DNA of 64,000 nucleotides from Rubripirellula sp. (GTDB lineage: Bacteria; Planctomycetota; Planctomycetia; Pirellulales; Pirellulaceae). The notes beneath the pieces are model-generated. The model saw only the letters and a program-made list of their open reading frames with translations. It did not search any database and was not told the DNA's origin. The stretch is from the NCBI GenBank assembly GCA_965216875.1, contig OZ244207.1, positions 5,120,001-5,184,000 of the forward strand, given 5' to 3'. Made by a program: the position numbers and the translations under genes. Positions 60,966 to 64,000 of the stretch are shown in pieces; position 1 is the first letter of the stretch; the number at the start of each line of letters is the position of its first letter.

Positions 60966-61549
60966 CGCTGAACCTCCATCGTTGGCAAAGGGGACTCACT
61001 CTTTTCGGACGGAACGACATCACGATCGCGTAACTGTTCCATCAATTTGGTTCGGGCTCGGTGAACCCAAGTCTTTACTGTCCCGACCGGACATGCGAGC
61101 TCTTTCGCGATTTCGGCGTAATTCAACCCGCGCCGGTGAAACAACTCGAACGCTTGGCGCTGTTTTTCCGGCAACAGCTGCAGCGCCAACATCACTTCTT
61201 CCTCAAGTGAATCAGCCGCCATTTGCTCGGTCGTCCGTTGGGTCACCGGCTCGCTCACGCCGGTCAGCGACTGGTGGACGCGACGTCGGGCAAGGAAGGT
61301 TCGGCAACGATTTCCAGCAATCGCAATCAACCAAGGCTCGAGAGGCCGCTTGGGGTCCCAACGATCGAGGTACTTGGCCATTCGCGAAAACGTTTCTTGG
61401 GTCACGTCCTCGGCATCTTGTTGGTGCCCAAGAATCCGCATACATACGCGGAAGACGAGCTGCTGGTGACGACGCACCAACTTCGAAAAGGCACGTTCGT
61501 CGTTCTGACGAAACTGCTCGGCGAGGGCAGCGTTGGACTCATTCATCAA
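60962..61549 (-). CDS. ECF RNA polymerase sigma factor
   Basis: DAEDVTQETF, PWLIAIAGN, GLNYAEIA...GTVKTWVHRAR. Confidence 0.95.
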   Translation of the reverse strand: MMNESNAALAEQFRQNDERAFSKLVRRHQQLVFRVCMRILGHQQDAEDVTQETFSRMAKYLDRWDPKRPLEPWLIAIAGNRCRTFLARRRVHQSLTGVSEPVTQRTTEQMAADSLEEEVMLALQLLPEKQRQAFELFHRRGLNYAEIAKELACPVGTVKTWVHRARTKLMEQLRDRDVVPSEKSESPLPTMEVQR

Positions 61550-61764
61550 TCGCCCCCACGGGAAGGTGGCTGATGTGGAGAGCTGGAAACGCGCGAGCGG
61601 CCGAGCTCTCTGAGCCAGCTCGTGGTTTTCTCTGGGGCGTCATAGCGAGATCAGGCGAGATCACTCGCTTGCGCATCGGGCTCGTATTGCACATTGGATT
61701 GGTCAACAAAATGAAATGAACAATCGAAGATGCTGCCCGGCGTTTTAACCAGCATCCGGTTTTG

Positions 61765-62481
61765 TTAGCGTCCGCTGAAGAAGCGTTTCAACGCATCGTC
61801 AGCAGCTTCGCGCGAATCCTCAGTCATTGATTGTTGGAAGTTTTTGGGAAGCTTTCCAGGCTCTTTTTTCTTCTTTCGTGCTTCTGCTGCTTCTTTTGAC
61901 GATGCGGTGGAATCGTCCACGGACAGTTCCGTGCTGTCGGTTCCGCTGTCTTCTCCGGTTCCTCGATCTTCGGCCCGCTCAGCTGCCGCAGCCTCATCGA
62001 GCCGGAATTGGCGGGTTTCTGGGTCGGACAGTTTGCGAACGCGATCGATCTGGTCCGCCTCGTCCAACCACGCACTCACGTCCACCGCTTCAAAACGGCT
62101 ATCGGTGGATCCAGCTTCTACCGTGCGAGCGGCGGCATCGCCCATGTCGGCGACTTCGGGTTTTTTGGTGCCTTGCAATCCATGCTCGATCACCATCTCA
62201 AACATCAGCTTACCGATACGCAACTGGTCGCCCGGACGCAGCACCTTCGCCTTATCGGAGGGAAGTCGCTTGTCATTGACGTAGGTACCGTTGCGACTCT
62301 TCAGATCCTGAATCAGCACTTTGTTGTCGCGAATCACAATGATGCAGTGCTTGCGACTGACCGATTCGCTCTTGGGTCGTAACTGACACGATTCACTGCG
62401 ACCAACCAGAAACTTATCGGCAGTGATCCCGATCTCTTTGCCTTCGTGAGTGCCAGTAAGGACCTTGAGCTTCACTTGCAT
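61765..62481 (-). CDS. FHA domain-containing protein
   Basis: LVGRS..C, SVSRKHC, DLKSRNGTYVN; charged tail. Confidence 0.93.
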   Translation of the reverse strand: MQVKLKVLTGTHEGKEIGITADKFLVGRSESCQLRPKSESVSRKHCIIVIRDNKVLIQDLKSRNGTYVNDKRLPSDKAKVLRPGDQLRIGKLMFEMVIEHGLQGTKKPEVADMGDAAARTVEAGSTDSRFEAVDVSAWLDEADQIDRVRKLSDPETRQFRLDEAAAAERAEDRGTGEDSGTDSTELSVDDSTASSKEAAEARKKKKEPGKLPKNFQQSMTEDSREAADDALKRFFSGR

Positions 62482-62838
62482 AGATCACCTATCTTCCGAC
62501 CTACGAAAACAGGGGCAAGCGATCTTCGCTGGCGGCCCTGTCGTTGTTTGTTTTGAAAAGCCCGAATCATCGAAAAGTCCGCCGCTGCCTTGAGGCAGAG
62601 GCGGCAAACCGCAGCAACCTGCATCATCGCAGGCATCAATTCACCGCACCGCTTATCAGTTGCCGTCACGTGAGTTGATTCTTTCAGCTTACCGACCGGT
62701 CGAGATTTGGATTTGATGATTCTAAGCAGAATTGCAGCCGCGAGAATGCCGGTATCGCTCATTTAGCGACACTTCTTTAACCTTAGCGGCTGTTTTGGAG
62801 GTACAAACCACCCGCGGGAAGTATTAGGTGGAATGATT

Positions 62839-63594
62839 CTACCTTCGTCCCAGCCAATTCGGGTTGGCGAATCGCTCGCTGGAAATCTCCGCTGCCCGTG
62901 CCCTCTCAGAATCACTAATCACCCCAGAACGCCATCGCGAAACACCGATTTGGCCAGCGACCCGATCAGGCAAACGATCACAGATTTGCTCCAACGACAT
63001 CCCTCTGGCGGCCAGATTGTTGATCCCGGGAAGCTGCGGGGCAAACCGTGAGGCGGACAGCAACAAACTGCCATGCTGGAGCACCGCGTGTTTGGTACGG
63101 CGCTGAGCGCTGCCTAAGATTTTGTACCCCGATAGAACCAGGTCCTCGTCGGTGCGGCGCTGAAAACAGAGGAAGGGATCTGCCTGATCAGGTTGCTGCT
63201 CAAGAGCAAGCCAACGGTACGGGGTCGCAACGATACCGGCCTCGACAAGCGTTTCGATCACTGCGCCGTGCATGCGTCGATAAAGATCGTCGCGCCCAAA
63301 GCCTAAGTCCGCGATCGGCATCGCAATGCTGTAGGTCAACTCATGGTGATGCACGATCGCACCGCCGCCGGTCGCGCGTCGTACGCACTCCGCCAGCTGG
63401 CTTTCCTGATGATCGTTTCGCGAGTCAAGCTTTTGGAAGTAGCCGAGCGAAAGCGTTGGCTCGCTCCAACCGTAAAGTCGAAGCGTCATCGGGCCACCCG
63501 ATTCCACCGATTCCAACAACGCTTGATCGATCGCCATATTCAACGGCGCGTCGTTGCGTGCATAGGGAATCAGCCGGCCGCCAACTTCACTCAT
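62839..63594 (-). CDS. Lipoate--protein ligase / octanoyltransferase (LipM-like)
   Basis: NMAIDQALL, LRLYGW..PTLSLGYFQ, VRRATGGGAIVH, KILGSAQRR, LQHGS. Confidence 0.92.
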   Translation of the reverse strand: MSEVGGRLIPYARNDAPLNMAIDQALLESVESGGPMTLRLYGWSEPTLSLGYFQKLDSRNDHQESQLAECVRRATGGGAIVHHHELTYSIAMPIADLGFGRDDLYRRMHGAVIETLVEAGIVATPYRWLALEQQPDQADPFLCFQRRTDEDLVLSGYKILGSAQRRTKHAVLQHGSLLLSASRFAPQLPGINNLAARGMSLEQICDRLPDRVAGQIGVSRWRSGVISDSERARAAEISSERFANPNWLGRR

Positions 63595-63597
63595 CAG

Positions 63598-64000
63598 TTA
63601 TCGATTCTCAGAATCCGAAGGTTCCCAGCGCAGCACTGGTTTGCGTGCCGCCGTCACATCGTCCGGGCGGCTAATACGAGTGGTGTGCGGTGCATCGTGA
63701 AGGAAGTCACCCGATTCTTCGGTGATTCGGAACATCGCTTCGGCAAACGCATCGAGTGTCTCTTTGCTCTCCGTTTCGGTCGGCTCCACCATAATCGCTT
63801 CTTCAACGACCAAAGGAAAATAGACCGTCGGTGCGTGGAAACCAAAATCAAGAATCCGCTTCGCAAAGTCCATCGCGGTAAGCTTGCCTTCCTTCTTCAA
63901 CTTCGCAGCGGAAGCAACGAATTCGTGCATGCAACGATCACCATGCGGAACATCCAAGATGTGCTTGATCTTGCTTAGCAAGTAGTTGGCGCCGAGCAGC
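63598..64000 (-). CDS. gcvPB: Glycine dehydrogenase subunit 2 (3' part)
   Basis: CMHEFV, DFAKRILDFGFHAPTVYFPL, MVEPTETESKETLDAF, APHT. Confidence 0.95.
   Translation of the reverse strand, partial: LLGANYLLSKIKHILDVPHGDRCMHEFVASAAKLKKEGKLTAMDFAKRILDFGFHAPTVYFPLVVEEAIMVEPTETESKETLDAFAEAMFRITEESGDFLHDAPHTTRISRPDDVTAARKPVLRWEPSDSENR

Overview
This is a GC-rich bacterial chromosomal window, most consistent with a Planctomycete (Pirellulaceae-like). The basis is its sulfatase, DUF1080 protein, Ser/Thr kinase, FHA and PP2C proteins, ECF/zf-HC2 anti-sigma pairs, VWA proteins and dense REP-like intergenic repeats. Housekeeping genes are gatC, rpmB, rsgA, ftsH, recQ, csaA, proS, a lipoate ligase and a partial gcvPB. 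A flagellar cluster runs flgN-like, flgB, flgC, fliE, fliF, fliG, fliH, fliI, fliJ, motE-like, fliK, flgD, flgE. The best candidate for an undescribed system is a three-gene cassette at 16149-19179. Its two hypothetical ORFs each align by eye to the bacterial Ku core, and they precede a minimal ATP-dependent DNA ligase with a WGR-like domain and a Lys/Ala-rich tail. This suggests a heterodimeric-Ku, LigD-independent end-joining module. Other oddities are an alcohol dehydrogenase split by one in-frame TAA, a FliG lacking the torque charges, a FlgE with two tandem inserted domains, a degenerate stand-alone HATPase in the flagellar cluster, an apparently inactive alpha/beta hydrolase coupled to an ECF sigma, and several REP families, including ~112-bp direct repeats bracketing a lipoprotein gene. 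All calls come from reading motifs by eye; no searches were run.
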